Origin: Octopus vulgaris
Taxonomy: Eukaryota
Length of the DNA stretch: 64,000 bases
Assembly: GCA_951406725.2 (NCBI GenBank)
Contig: OX597822.1
Span: 17,670,001-17,734,000 of the forward strand
Direction of reading: 5' to 3'
Shown here: positions 1 through 14,308 of the stretch, one piece after another
How positions within the stretch are numbered: position 1 is the first letter of the stretch
Layout of the letters: every line of letters starts with the position of its first letter
Notes under the pieces: generated by a model
Told to the model about the DNA's origin: nothing
The model's input: only the letters and a program-made list of their open reading frames with translations
Databases searched by the model: none
Translations under genes and position numbers: made by a program

Positions 1-1243
1 AACATGTTTCAGTATAAATGAAAATTTGATAAAATTACTCTTAGCGCTGTTTTCTAAAAATGTAGTTGGTAGCAAGGATAGGAAGCATAATTAATTAGTG
101 ATTTTATAAAATATTACTATTGTGCACTCTTCCATAAATTTTATTTTCCCTCTGTAAATGAATGTTAAACCTCATCAAAATGACACCACCATGATTGCTG
201 TTGCTGTTTCCTCCGCAGAAGTTCAATATTCCAATGAATATTTTAATAGCAGAATGGTTCCACTTAGATTTTACTTGAGATTTGAAACATCTGAGGAGGA
301 GAACTTAGTAATGTGGACCATGGTTTGGGCATGTTTGGCAGAGTAGAACTATTTGCATTTGATTCACAATATGGTTGATTCCTCATTGAAAATACAACTC
401 CATTGGAACCTCATAATCACACTCCATTTCTCTCTTTCTTCAAAATGGAATTCAAATACAATTCTATTGTACTGGTTATCCTTTTGTAGTTCCATTTAAT
501 ATAGAAACAGAACTTAAGTGATTAAATTGATCTTCATGTATTACTAATACTTCTTTAAGTAACTCCAGAAAGTTGAATAGCAATTTGATGTTTGTAAGTT
601 TTGAATTGATACCAGATATGTGCAATACAAAATCTTCTCAGCTTGGGTTTCACTGCCTTTGTCATATCTAATGCCTTCTCTTTATTATAGTGAGTTCTTA
701 CATATGCCTAAAACCTAAAAAACAACTAATTGTATCAACCCTAGTACTTATTTGTTCCTTGAAGAAAAATTGTAAGTAATGAAGAAAATGACTTTGTTGT
801 TTAGCCACAAGATGATCCCTAATTGAGCAGGCTTGTGGGCCCCACCCCGCTTACTTTATGACAATAAGTTGTTTTGAGTGGAATTTCACTGCTATTTCTT
901 GCTGGTCAATCAACAATATGTTGCATCGTTTTCCTACATTTATGCGATAATGTTGCAGAAATGTAAGAAAACATTATAGGCTGTAAAATAGATGAAAGTA
1001 TGGAGAAAATACAGAAATGTCTGTAGCAAAGAATTGAAAGCATGTCTCTTATTTCACTCACTGAATGTTTAGCCTGGTATAGTAAAAACCTGGCTAAGGA
1101 GACAATATGGAAGTCTAACTGTTTTGAAGTGAAACACAATAATGCCAAGATAATGAAATAATCAGTTCAATATATCTGAGCTGTCAGAGAATGAGGAAAT
1201 AAATGATGAATTGCTCTGACGACATGCAACTACTAGTGATACC

Positions 1244-1248
<5 letters not shown>

Positions 1249-1290
<42 letters not shown>
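1249..1290. repeat. (CA)n microsatellite
   Basis: Uninterrupted CA run. One of dozens of CA/TG, TA, CT and CAT tracts in the window; only a few are listed. Confidence 0.95.
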
Positions 1291-1293
<3 letters not shown>

Positions 1294-2423
1294 CACTATA
1301 AATTGATGAAAAATTATTTGTTTCTCTCAAAAGTTTCTTGTTTTTGTTTGTTTTTTCTTGGATGGCTTGAGTTGAATAATAATGATGATGATGATGATGA
1401 TGATGCTCATCAATGACCTTGTGATATTTTTTTGTTTCCTTTTCTTCTTGTATGACTTGGATAGATTTGCTTGCAGTACAGTATCTTTACATGCATCTTA
1501 ATCCTTTGATGTTCCGTGGTTGAATGCCAATATATTCTTTGTCATAATCTAGTTGCTCTCAAAAATACATGTGCACAGCGAAATCCAAAAGAAAAGCAAC
1601 AAACTCCACACATCTCTGTTGCCTGTCTTTGTCCTGTGGATTAAATAGCAAAAACATTGCCGCAAAGAACAGCCAAAAATATTTGCAGCATTAAGCATTC
1701 CACATGTCAGACTTCTTTCCCTCATTCATCCCAGGGATTGAAGAACTTTCAGAAGCAACTGACACAAGAAAGGAATCGGTTTGCTCAAATCTAACTTTCG
1801 TCTCTCAACTGTTCTTAATGCTTCCTTTCTTTAGCCATTGTCTCCATCATTTACTTCTTCATCTGTCCATCTAAACTGACTTAACTCTCCTACACATTAT
1901 TTATACAGCTACTAATAATAACACATGTTTCTCTGTGCAGAACCAACCTCAGAGTATTCAGTGCCTTAGCCCAGCCCTATAATGTGCTGCCCCTTAATCC
2001 TCATTCTACATTCAGAATTTCCTTCTCTTTTTTTTTTCTACAACATTTTCTCATTGTTACCCCATTGCACTAACTGGAAAATACAATCACAAAATTATAA
2101 TTGTCCACAAGAAATCTACACTTTTTTATGATAATGCATATCATTAACAAATCTGTTTCCTGCCAAATCAAGTAGCAAGTCATATAACACCACCCAAACA
2201 CCACCCACTCACATCCTTCTTTGTTCTGACAATCTCATCTGCTTTTAGCATATTGCCAACTTTGCCTCAATGAATGCTTGAAATAATAACCAAATTTCCC
2301 TTAAATCACAAATTACCAGCTTCAGAAAAAGTAACAGAGCAGTTTTTGTTTCAATATCTTCAGTCATTTAGCATTGAACTTAGACTAAACAAGAATAACA
2401 ACAATCTGCTTCATGATTGTAAC

Positions 2424-2845
2424 ATGGCTGTATGGATAAGAAGTTTACTAAACGACCACATGATCTCGGATTCAGTCCCACTGTATGTCACCTTAGGCAA
2501 GTGTCTTTTCTGTAGCCCTAGAAGAATTCATGAACTGCATGAAAGCCTGTTGTGTGCGTCAGTATATGGGTGTGACTGTGTATGTCTATATATGTATGTC
2601 TGTTTATATGTATATGAGGTCATTTTTATTTTGATACAAAAGCTGGCCGAAGCTAAAACAGTGTTGCTTTGCTTTTCTGTTAACATCACGTCTTAAAGCT
2701 CTGCAGTGAATAGTAATAACAAGGAGTGGGGGGAACATTTCTTACTCTTAAAACTGGTGGTGTAAAGGAAGAGCATTTGGCCATAAAATCCTGCCTGAAA
2801 TAAGTATCAGTCCAGACTATAGAAAAATGGACATAAAATGAGGAA
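2424..2845 (+). mobile_element. Degenerate tRNA/CORE-like SINE with RTE-type 3' half
   Basis: Head atggctgtatggataag...ttcagtcccactg...caccttaggcaagtgtctt, then a TG-rich spacer, then a decayed ...gaaaaatggacataaaatga tail. Confidence 0.6.
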
Positions 2846-3549
2846 GAACTGAACCAAGGAGTATGTGAGTTCCTGCTGTGGCTGAAGTTGATAGCATTTA
2901 GTTGTGAAATTGAAAACAAACAAACAGAATGCCAAATATAATATTTCTCTTAAGTTTAGTTGTCTTTCACTACACCAAACTAATATAATCTTTAAAAAAG
3001 AAACTGCAAGTAAAATTTTGTAAATTTGAAATTTCTAGATGTTTCTCAACCAGGTAAACTATGAAAATAAAAGCAGAATTTACACCCAAAAGAATGCATA
3101 ATTCATTGATCAAATTTTGAAAACCTTTCATTTTGAAATCTTGAGAGAGAAATAAGAAGAAAACGAAAACAAACAAGAATGTGTATAAAATCCTTGAAAT
3201 GTTTACAGATTTAAAGGTTATTTGGCTCAGTCTTAAGTTTAACAGTGATGTATAAATAAGTGCAAAGTTTTTGATTTTGGTGGTGGTGGTGGGGGAGGAG
3301 TCTTTACATTAAACTATGTGTGAACACAAATATGCATGTGAATGTTATTCATTCGTGCATCTGCATATGTATGGAAGTATGTGTTCGTATAAGCACATAC
3401 ACATAAAATCATATTCATATACACGTGTGTGTGTGCAACTATACATATCTGTAAGTATATATGCGTATAAATATACACAAACACTCATGCACATCTCCCT
3501 CCCTCTCTCTCTATCTCTCTCTCTCTCTCTCCTCTCATATATATATATA

Positions 3550-3663
3550 TCATCATCAGTGTTTGATGTCCACTTTCCATGCTGGCATGGGTTTGACAGT
3601 CCTCAGACAAACCATCCAACATGTGCCAGCCATGGAAGCGGACATTAAACCATGATGATGATG
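3550..3663. mobile_element. Two RTE 3' tails joined head-to-head
   Basis: catcatc...tttccatgctggcatggg (minus-strand tail) is joined directly to ...gccagcatggaagcggacattaaac-catgatgatg (plus-strand tail). Confidence 0.75.
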
Positions 3664-3783
3664 GTATACAGATAATAAAAGCACAAGCACCTTGGACAAG
3701 TATCTCCCATTCACCTGGGCCAACCGAAACCTTGTGAGTGGATTTGACAATTGGAAATAGAAAGAAACCTGTTAAATGTGTGT

Positions 3784-4060
3784 GGAGGTGCAGTGGCCAT
3801 GTGGTAGTGGTGTTGCACTCATGATTGCAAGATTGTGGTTTCAGTTCCCATACTGGGTGGTGCATTATGTTCTTGAGCAAAACACTTCATTTCACGTTGC
3901 CCCAGTCCACTCAGCTGTAAATGGATCCCTCTACAACAGACTGGCATTCTGGTCAGAGGGGAATGTTGATCTGCAGGCTTGGTTAGTCAGCAGGGTGGCA
4001 TTGTTTGAAAGTTACAATGTGAGGAAACCTTGTATAATCACATCCGATAGTCTGGTTGAT
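3784..4060 (+). mobile_element. tRNA-derived SINE (second head family)
   Basis: A-box-like tggccatgtgg, B-box-like ggtttcagttcc, then ttcttgagcaaaacacttcatttcac. Related to 9127-9421 and 63928-64000. Confidence 0.65.
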
Positions 4061-5715
4061 ACAGTTGTGTGTGTGTGTGTGTGTGCATACAGACCCACCT
4101 ACATGAGCATGTATGCCTGTGTATTGCTGTGAACATAGAAAAAAGCACAGTGTAAAAATGGTGTTTTGTGGAAGACCTATAGGTATGGCCAACAAATGAG
4201 AAGGCATCATTGATAATCCAATTCTGCCTTAAATCTTTGCTTAATGCAAAGAATTAGGTGTTTAAGGAACTCTGGTAAGAATGTTGTCATGGTCCTTGCT
4301 CATCGTTTCAGAAAGCCACACCCCTCTGATAGTCAAACTATTTCAGATGTGTTCATATGATTTGGAGCTCATTTCATCATCATCATTTTCCCTGCTGGCA
4401 TGGGTTGGATGGTTTAAAAGGAGGTGGCAATCCAGTGAGCTACACAAGGAGGCTCCAACTGTCTAATTTGGGTTGATTTCTATGGCTGGATGCCCTTCCT
4501 AATGCCAACCACTTCACCAGTGTACTGGGAGCCTTTTATATTATCTAATTTATGAATTAGCTCCAACTAATATATTGTATTGAGTACTTAGTTGAATGTT
4601 GGCCTCACCAGCATCTTAATACACACACAATATACATAGATATTGAGTGCATCTTGGCACTGAAAGCATTAAAATATGATATATACATACACACACATCG
4701 CTGACATCATCATTTAACATCTATTTTCCAAGATATATATATTAAAACAGATGACCATTTTCTGTTAGAATAGACTATTCTAATTAAGTGAACTGCAGAC
4801 TTGTGACCTTTTCAAGATCATGGAAATTGCAAAACAGCATTTCTCTGCAGTTTTTGACCACCTGCGTTTTCCAATCCCCATCTCACTTTAAAATTCTTGT
4901 TGAGGTTATTGGTTCATTCTGTCTCATGAGCAGTGAAACAAGTATTTCATTTTACCTCTTTATTTATAAACTTCTTCAAGTATTTCTTGAACACAAATTA
5001 CATTTATTTTGGTTTGACTTTTACAAACCAGAATTTAGCTACATTTTTTTTGTTGCTTTGTTTTTCCTTTTTTTTCTATCTTATGTTTTTGAGATGATTA
5101 ATGCTTGTTACGGTTTATGTATAGTTATCTGACTCACTTGTCACAGCTAATAGTAAATTAGAAAGTTTAACTATATATAAATACATTCTGGATATATTTA
5201 TCTGTATATGTATTGATATAAAAGTATGTGCGTGTGTATATGTACGTATATATATATATATATACATACTCACATATATATATATATATGTAGTGTAGCA
5301 GCCAGCTAGACCGTATGACTTTAATAACATCACTAATAAGAAAGTAATGTTGTCTTTTGAGACTTCCTAGTGTAATGAAGTATTAAGAACACCCAGCAAA
5401 CACCCATTTCCTGGTTTCCTTGAAGTTTTCTTAATATTGTATATCTAATGAATTATCAGTTCAATTAGTTATTATTGTACTCTGTACAAAACTCTTTGCT
5501 GATAAAAATATTTATATCTTCTTTCAAATATTTTGTTCAATTGTTTTGTTTGCTTTTCCCCTTTTTTTATGTTTCATGTTATATTTTTGCGTATGATTTT
5601 CATTTTTATTCATAAAATTTTGAACAAAAATTACCAAATTATTCAGTTCCTAGAGAGAAAAGTTATTTTTCTTCAAAAAACTTATTTGTGAGTTCTGGCA
5701 TTATTAAGAATGGGA

Positions 5716-6050
5716 CATCATCATCATCATCGTTTAACATCCGTTTTCCATGCTGGCATGGGTTGGATGGTTTGACTGAGGTCTGGAGAGCCAGCAGCTG
5801 CACCAGGCTCCTGTCTGATCTGGCAATGTTTCTACTGCTGGATGCACTTCCAAACACCAACCACTTCGAGAATGTAGAGGGTGCTTTTTACATGCTGCCA
5901 GCACAGGAGCCAGTCAGGTAGGCCTGGCATCAATCACGTTCGGATAGTTTTTTTTACATGCCACTGGCACAGGGGCCAGTCATGGTGTACTGGCATCAGC
6001 CACGTTCAGTTGGTGCTTTTTACACGCCACCGGCATGATAGCCAGTCAGA
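5716..6050 (-). mobile_element. 5'-truncated RTE LINE (3'UTR only)
   Basis: (CAT)n tail, ccatgctggcatgg stem-loop and ~60-nt UTR repeats, all matching 19851-20345. Confidence 0.85.
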
Positions 6051-6862
6051 GGGTAACATGGAAAGATGTTGAATGGGGTGGAGAATGAAGAAGAAAAAGG
6101 GATATGGAGGGAGTGAGACCTGGGGAAAGGGAGGGAGACACAGGGGAGGGGGAAGGAGAGAGAATTTTTGAGGATACCAAAAATGATGAGATTTAAGAAA
6201 ATACTCAAATTTGAAAATGTAGAGATGTATTTGTTTAATCTAATTATGATTAAAATGGATTTCTCCATGCTGGCATGGGTTAGACATGGGTTATTTCAGG
6301 CAAAAAGTTTTTTCAGTTAGACTTTGACAGCCAAAGCCTTGTGAGTGTCTTTGGTAGACAGAAACTGAAAGAAGCCTATTGTGTGTGTGTGTGCTTATGG
6401 TGTGTATGTGTGTTTACCTTCATGTAATCATGATGATGATACTTACAAATCATTACATTATCATCATACAATGTTGTTTATTCCCAGTCTTCTGTGAAAG
6501 GTTTGTCAGGCTTTTTTTACCTTACTTTGAAGCAGTTGAGGGTTGCCAAGAGGGAGAGCATCCAGCCGCGAAGAATCTACCTCACCAAATTCCATCGAAC
6601 CCATGCAAACATAGAATGCTGATGATGTTGAAGATCCATCTCTTTCCTGTTGCCAACTTCTTGCTTTTTCACATAAAGGATTTTTATATTTAAATGGTCT
6701 GTGAAAGTGCTAAGTGACTGCTTCTATCTGCCATTGTGGAATGTCAACATCAGAACTGTTTGGGTCATATGCTGATTAGCAGACTATCAGCTTATCTGTT
6801 TATTTTCACTCTCCACTCACTCTCCACTCACTCACTCTCACTCACTCACTATGCATGATGGA

Positions 6863-7083
6863 TTAACCCTTTTCACATTCCAATTACTCTCACAAATCCG
6901 TTGCTTATTTCTTCACATTGTTTTGAATTAATTTTTATCTCACTTCTTTGAGATTTCAATGATTTGATTGCAAAATTTCTAGAATCATATTGTAAGGCAG
7001 TTGGGGAGGGCAGATGTGGCTGTTTTAAACACAAAGCAGAATATTTGGGCCAGATGTGAATGGTTTAAATGTCAAAGGATTGA
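6863..7083 (+). mobile_element. piggyBac-type (TTAA) MITE, ~220 bp
   Basis: Starts ttaaccctttt; internal sequence is homologous to 38422-38649 and 11489-11705; the right end is decayed. Confidence 0.65.
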
Positions 7084-7877
7084 ATGTAGTTTCCATCTGC
7101 AAAATTCACTCACAAGACACCGGTCGACTCAGGTCTATAATAGAAGACACTTGCCAAAGGCGCCGCTCTGTAGAGCAGAATCCACGACCATGTCATTATG
7201 AAGTAAACTTCCTAACCATATGGCCATATTTTTATTCCATTCATTCATTTTTTGTTTTTCATTTATTGCTATCAAATTGGAAAAATATTATTCAAACAGT
7301 TATAAAAACAAGACCTGAGAGTTTTGTTTGTATATTGTTATTGTAAAGTGTGTAACGTAACAGATATATTATACACAGACTTGTATATTCCTATTAAGAA
7401 TGGAATTCATGTTCCGTATATTTGATTAACCTTTTCCACCACCCCACCTACCAAGTCTAGTTAGCTATAATCAGCAAACTCTTTATTGTTAATACTTGTA
7501 TCAATATGAATATGAGAGGCGATGAAAATATTGTCTGTATATCAACTAAACTAAATGAGATTTTTATTACCTGTAATAAACACGACTCCAAATAAATTGT
7601 AAAAAGAGAGAAAAAAAGAGTTTATATGTGTGTGTGTGTTTATTGTAATTACTTGTAAACTGTTAGAGGATTGCTGAAGATATTTTATAGAAGATATATT
7701 AAATGTACCTTCATAAATCCTCAGTTATGTATTTTTGTTGCTTTTGTATTTTTTTTTTATTATTAAAGACTTTTTTAATTACTTTATTTTTGCCCTAATT
7801 TATGGGGCCACATATCTGGAAATGACACTGATGAAGTGAACTGGCAAAAGAGGGAATAGATTCAGTTGACACAGTCC

Positions 7878-7918
<41 letters not shown>

Positions 7919-8097
7919 GTATGTATGTACATATACACACACAACCATAATTGTGTGATTAAGCTCACTTTGCAACTGTATGATTTTGGGTTCAATCTCA
8001 TGCCACAGCTCTTTCATGAAGTGTATTATAGTTCCAAGCTGGTCTGTGCCTTGTGAGTGTATTTGGTACACAGAAAATATGTGGAATCGTGTCTTTT

Positions 8098-8134
<37 letters not shown>

Positions 8135-8135
8135 T

Positions 8136-8169
<34 letters not shown>

Positions 8170-8271
8170 TACATACATATGCATAAGCGAAGAGAGGCAG
8201 TAATGCAGATAAACACAATAAGGCTTGGTGTGTGTGTATATATATACATATATATATATATATATAATCTC

Positions 8272-9119
8272 GTCATCATCATCATCATTTAACGTCTGCC
8301 TTCCATGCTAGCATGGGTTGGATGGTTTGACTGAGGACTGGCAAGCCAGAAATCTGCACCAGGCTCCAATCCAATCTGGCAAGATTTCTACAGCTGGATA
8401 CCCTTCCTAATACCAACCACTCTGAGAGTATAGTGGGTGCTTTTTATGTGCAGTCAGGCAGAAATGGCATTGACCATGCTTGAATGGTGCTTTTTACTTG
8501 CCACTGGCACAGGAGCCAGTCAGTTGGCACTGGCAATGACCCACACTTGAATGGTGTTTTTTATGTGTCACCAGCATGGGAGCCAGTCATGCTCGAATGG
8601 TGCTTTTTACATGCCACTGGCATTGACCACACTGTAATGGAGCATTTTTATGTGTCACAGGCATGGGTACTAGTCAGGTGGTACTAGCATTGGCCATGAC
8701 AATGACTTCACTTGACTAAACAGGTCTTCACAAGCGTAGTTTATTGCCCAATGATTGGAGGGTACTCTTAGATGGACTGGTTATGTTTCACTGGCATAGG
8801 CCACAGTTATGGTCTCACTTGGCTTGCTGGGTCTTCTCAAGCACAGCATATTTCCAAAGGTCTCGGTCATTCGTCATCACTTCTGTGAGGCCCATCGTTT
8901 GAAGATCATGCTTCACCACCTCATCCCAGGTTTTCCTGGGTCTACGTCTTCCACAGGTTCCCTCTAATGTTAGGGTGTGACTTTTTTCATACAGCTGTCC
9001 TCATTCATACAAAACACATAACTATACCAGTGCAGTCATCTCTCTTGTACATCCCATCTGATGCTTCTTGTGTCCAACTTTTCTCTCAGGACACTTACAC
9101 TCTGTCATGTATGCACATA
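8272..9119 (-). mobile_element. 5'-truncated RTE LINE (ORF C-terminus plus 3'UTR)
   Basis: Colinear with ~19851-20800, including gtcttctcaagcacagcatatttccaaaggtctcggtca. Sits beside a (TA)n tract. Confidence 0.9.
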
Positions 9120-9126
9120 GGATTGC

Positions 9127-9421
9127 ACCTATAAAGTTACTCTCCCAAGCACAAGTCCAGGCAAGGTTGTTTATGGAAGACCAGCAGTTGCCCAAGCATA
9201 CCGACCTCTCCTCTCCACACCACCAGTGTTATCCAAGGGAAAGGCAAAGGCCAATATAGCTTGGCACCAGGGGCATTGCAACCCATCTCTACGGCTGAGT
9301 AAAGTGGAGCAATGTAAAATAAAGTGTCTTGCTCAAGAACACAACACGCAGCCCGGTCCCAGATTCGAGCTTACAACCTCATGATTGTAAGCTCGACGCT
9401 TTAACCACTGAGCCATGCGCC
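9127..9421 (-). mobile_element. tRNA-derived SINE
   Basis: Minus-strand head ggcgcatggctcagtggttaaagcg (A box) ...gctcgaatc (B-box-like), followed by gttcttgagcaagacactttatt. Confidence 0.8.
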
Positions 9422-9628
9422 TTTAGTATTTAAGCTGCAAAAACATCACAAAAATGTCACAAAAAACTACTGCTCAGAGTTTCACATTCTCATTCATTGG
9501 GCATTTGTGAGCCCACGACTGCCTGATGAATGGGAAATTCTGAGTAGCAGATTTTTGTGATGTTTTTGCTGCTTTAATAATAAAATACACATAAACACAC
9601 ACACACACACACACACTAAAATATGAAA

Positions 9629-9945
9629 TTCATCATCATCATCAACATTCGTTTTCCATGCTGGCATGGGTTTGACCAGGTCTGCTAAACTGAGGGGCTG
9701 CACTAGACTCCAGTTTGATTTGGTATGTTTTCTACAGCTTGTTGCCCTTCCTAACGCCAACCACTCTGAGAGTGTAATGGGTGCTTGTACGTTCCATGGG
9801 CATGGATGCCAATTGCTTGACACAGGTTTCTGCCATGATTACAATTTCACTTGGCTTGAGGGGTCTTCTTCACAAGCACAGCAAGTTGCCAAAGGTCTCG
9901 GATGTTTGTCATTGCCTCTGTGAGACCCAACGCTCAAAAGATGCT
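9629..9945 (-). mobile_element. RTE 3' fragment with internal deletion
   Basis: (CAT)n tail, terminal stem-loop and ORF-end sequence gtcttcttcacaagcacagc. Confidence 0.8.
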
Positions 9946-10361
9946 TTTATATACACACACATACATAAACTTTGTATCCTTCATATGGCGCTCGTACAAT
10001 TTTGATTTTTGAAATGTTGTAAAGCCTAACAAAGGCAAAGTGATTTCTCATTAGGTTTTGCTATAACATTTCTGAAATTAAATTCAGACTTGATAATCTA
10101 TTTCTTAATTAATTTTATTTCACTTCTACTTAAAGTATCAAGTATTCTAATGCAATTTGTTATCTTAGATGTCCAAGATATCTTCTCTTAAGTGTCTTCT
10201 CTTAAATTGGGATTATAATCTGACAGCTTCGTTATGTTTCAAATACATAATCTGTTTGCTCTGCGTCCACTAAATGCAACTTTTCTGATATTAAGAACTA
10301 ACATATCAACACAACGTTATATGTTTTATTTGTAACTATAGGCATAGCTCTCTCTCTCTTT

Positions 10362-10419
<58 letters not shown>

Positions 10420-11061
10420 TACATACACGTATATATATATATAATGTAATTTGCTTTCATTGGATTGCATACGTTATTCTTAGATATTTCACTCAAAACC
10501 TTATGTTTCCTGCTTCTGTTATATGTTCCTATAATTATTCTTTGGTGTTCATTTGGCAAATTGGCAGTCATTAATATGGAAGATACAACACTTTACAGTA
10601 CTCGAGTTTGTAGTGGAGGGGGCGGTAATCTAGCTTATTTATGTGACAAGGAACTGCTTCTATCAGATGAAAACTTTGGCAGTATTAATAGTGTGATATT
10701 CTTTAGTAGGCTTAAATACAAGAACTGCCATACTGAAGCTTCAGCACAGCTCTTATTTCTTCTTAGAGTTGCTTCAAGGTCACTCCCACTGTCAGTTCCA
10801 ATCACCATTTTATACTTTTCCTCTACTGGAGAGCTGCATTGATAGTTAAGCAACTAACAGTGGAGTTGTTACCCCTCCTTTCGTGTTCTTGTTGCCAGAA
10901 CACACATCTGCAGCCTCCAATGGATCATTCTCTAGTTTGAAGATGTCCTTTATCATTATGTCAGACAACATTATTGTGCATAATAGTTATATTACATACC
11001 CGAATGCAAGTTCAGAGGTAGCCCATAATGGAGCATTGTTTTGTTATCTGGGACACTATTG

Positions 11062-11123
<62 letters not shown>

Positions 11124-11488
11124 GTCATCATAGACCTCAACCAGAAAATGGTCAATTACAGATATTCTTAAGTGTCTTATCCACAGGTGTATCATTTCCT
11201 CTCTCACTTTTGATATGGCCTCTATTTTACCTAACTAGTTGGATCCATGCTACCCATGTTCCCTACTTTCGCATACTCCAATCTCTCTTCTCATAACACT
11301 TGTTGGCTTTGAGTCCACCATGTCTCATGTTAATCATTGCACCCAGTCTTAACCTTTCCAGAATCTTAGGAATCATCTGCAGGTGTTGACTTGCAACAGT
11401 TCAAGAAAAGCATTAATGGAATCTGTGTGAATAGTCTAAGAGGGATGACAAAGGCCTTCTACCAGACAAGTAAAAAAAAGTATAGGGT

Positions 11489-11705
11489 TTAACCTATTAA
11501 CATTTAAATTGGTCATATCCAGCCCTAATATCTTACTTTATGTTCAAACTAGCCATATCTGACCTCTCACCCATACCTAACAATGTCATTCTAAAAAAAA
11601 ACACATCATCAAAATTTCAAAGATATGACATAATTGGTTAATTCAAAGCAATGTGAATAAATAAGCATTACATTTGGCAGAGTAATGTGAATGTTGAAGG
11701 GTTAA
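11489..11705 (-). mobile_element. piggyBac-type (TTAA) MITE
   Basis: TTAA at both ends, short imperfect TIRs (ttaacctattaacatt / aatgttgaagggttaa). Reverse-orientation copy of 38422-38649. Confidence 0.75.
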
Positions 11706-13159
11706 CTTGTTGCCCTGCTATACTAAGTAACTGCCCAACCACTTTGTAGAGATAAGAATTCAAAGGAATAAAAGAAACCTCAGAAAAAAATAGGTTTGTC
11801 ATTTGTTTGAGAGAAGTTGAGTTGGATGTTGTTGTGTAACTGGTAAATTGATCACTTAGCTAGCAATAAGACACAAAGGGTCGACCCCCCCCCCCAAGTG
11901 GGACAGTATTTTCGTCTGTCACGAATGGTGCTTTTAATTTCCTAGTTTGGTTTACATTGAAGTTCTTAATTAATTTGCAATTGGATTCATTGTGTTATTT
12001 CGCATATGCAAACATCAGACACATCTGATCTAGGTTAAGTACTTTGTTTTGTTGGCCATTAATGTATATATCATCATCATCACCACCAGCACTGGCTTTC
12101 TATGTTAGCATGTTTTGGACTGGTTGTCACAGGCTAGGTCATTTCTTATTCAGAATTGATTTTCCACCTAGGTGGATCAAGGGATTACATGTGACCTGAG
12201 CACTGAGTTGAGCAGGGCTTCTATACTTGGATGCCCTTCCTATTTGCTGACCAATTTACAGTGTCCTGTTTGCATTCCCTCATGGCACCAGCATTAAAAA
12301 GGTTTTCTTTTGCAAAACAGCTCTGAAGGTCCTCTCTACCCTAGATCATCTCCCACTTGTTCACCAATTTCTTTACTAGGAAAATTTTTAATTGTGGCAC
12401 TAGTACTAGAGCAGATTCTGTGTGCCATTCAAAATAAAAGAGATTTGGTGTTTTAAACTGTTGCTACCTTGTAGATAGAAAGAGATGGGGAGGAAAATGA
12501 GAAAGAAAACAAGTTACTAATGCAGAATAAATAGATTTAGGTATCTAATTTGACAGTAAAAGATTGTTGAAGATGCCCTTGTGAGTCCAGCTTCCTAGCC
12601 AAGGGAAGAGTCCTGTTGTTTTATTCTTGTGGCTCAGAAAGGATTAGCTGTTCTTGATATTGTTAATAAATCAATTGTTGCTTGACAGATACACAGACAC
12701 ATGGTAGGTTCAAGCTTTGGTTTTGATTTAATGCCAATTGCCTTTACTTGTTTTCAAATGTTTCATTATGTATAGTTACTGACGTCTAAACTTTCCATAT
12801 TACTTAATTCTTGTGCCATTTCTCTATTCATACTTAATTATCTTTTGTAAATATATTTTTTTTAATTGTTGGGCAGCAATAAAAAAACCTTTATGTTCAT
12901 GCCTATCTCCCACACACTAATGATTTATGGTGTAAGACGAAAGTTCCTCAAATTACAGTATAGAATTACTAAAACCATTAATGGTTCTTGTTAATTAGCA
13001 GAGCAGGAACTCAGCAAAATAACATTTACTTTCAAATGTTTGATGCAGGAGAAACTGTGAGCAAACGTTCTCTTTACTGTAACTGTCTGTGGTAGTTTGT
13101 TTGTTGTAAAGCAGTTGATTTATTAATAATGTTCCAAAACAGAATATGTAATATTGATG

Positions 13160-13541
13160 TTGGTGTGGCAGTGTGGTAAAAAGTTTACTTCCCAACTACA
13201 AGGCATGAGGTTCAATCCCACTGTGTGGTACCTTAGGCAAGTGTCTTCTACTCTAGCTCCAGACCAACCAAAGTCTTGTGAGTGAAGTTGGTTCATGAAA
13301 ACCGAGAGAAGTTTATTGCGAGCGTGTGTGTGGGCATGTGCGTGTGTGTGTGTGTGTATTTGTGTATCTTTGCCTTGACATCACATAATATTGATGTTTT
13401 TTGCTTCCAGTCTTCCATGTAAGCATATCTGGTTGTGGGAAAATATGATTTTGCTTAGAAACAGGAAAGGGATCCAGCAATTGAAAATCTGCCTAACCCA
13501 TGCAAGAATGGAAAAACGAGTGTTAAACTGCTGCTGATGAT
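13160..13541 (+). mobile_element. tRNA/CORE-like SINE ending in an RTE-type tail
   Basis: Head tggcagtgtggtaa...ggttcaatccc...accttaggcaagtg, (TG)n hinge, tail cccatgcaagaatggaaaa...gttaaa...gatga. Confidence 0.7.
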
Positions 13542-14230
13542 CTCTGAATTTGCTATGGTCCTTTTTCATCTCTTTCTACTCCTTCCTTGTATTTGCACCA
13601 TGTTGATCTTTCCTATCAAGCTTTCATTCCTCAATTCTTCATTTGCATGCTTTGCCTGTACTATTGTGGTCTTCTTTCTAATATGTTATAGCTAATACTT
13701 GTACTCTACTCTGGTTGAAATTACACATTAGCACAGCCTACTGACCTTATTTCTTTCCAGTCTTTTGCATGTCCCTCATATTCATCACTGGTGTCATGGC
13801 CCTGCTCTATCTATTTTCTCCATTTCCCTTTAACCAATACAAAACATGCGAATTATATTTTATTAAGTCAGAACTATAGACAGGACTTTTCTTAGTTCCA
13901 ATGTTTAAAAAAAGCTTGCTTCAGTCAATCCTGTAGTCTGTGTGTCTTGTTCTCAGCTTGATATATGTTAAGATTCTATCTTTTACCTGCTTGATAATAA
14001 ATATTTATCTTCTTTGCTGCTTATAAAAAAGCAAAAATCAAAATATAAAGTTTGTTATTGACACACGTTCATTGTTGGTATTTGATTGCTGGAGATGATA
14101 GGACGATCACTTATACATAACTAAAAGGAGGACTTTTCAACCACTGCCACCACAGTCATGTCAGCATTTCCAACAGTAATTCATATATTATGTTTAACCA
14201 GGGAATAACCATATTTGTTTCACTACATAC

Positions 14231-14308
14231 CATGACAGCAGCCATATTCTCTGGTCCAATACAAATTATGGCAACTAATCCATGTAGTATGAGTCGTAGG
14301 AGTGTAAA
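14231..14308 (-). CDS. Possible small internal exon (FTLLRLILHGLVAIICIGPENMAAVM)
   Basis: Minus strand cacacttttacag| 78 nt open in phase 0 |gtatgt. Alternative acceptor ttttccttttacag at 14348. No homology recognised. Confidence 0.25.

Noticed and set aside
9523-9545. CUGAUGA...GAAA hammerhead-like core
   Set aside because: Only 4 nt separate the core halves, and stems I-III are absent.
10465-11060. Several overlapping 70-137 aa ORFs in unique-looking DNA
   Set aside because: No recognisable domain and no convincing splice boundaries; possibly a decayed transposon.
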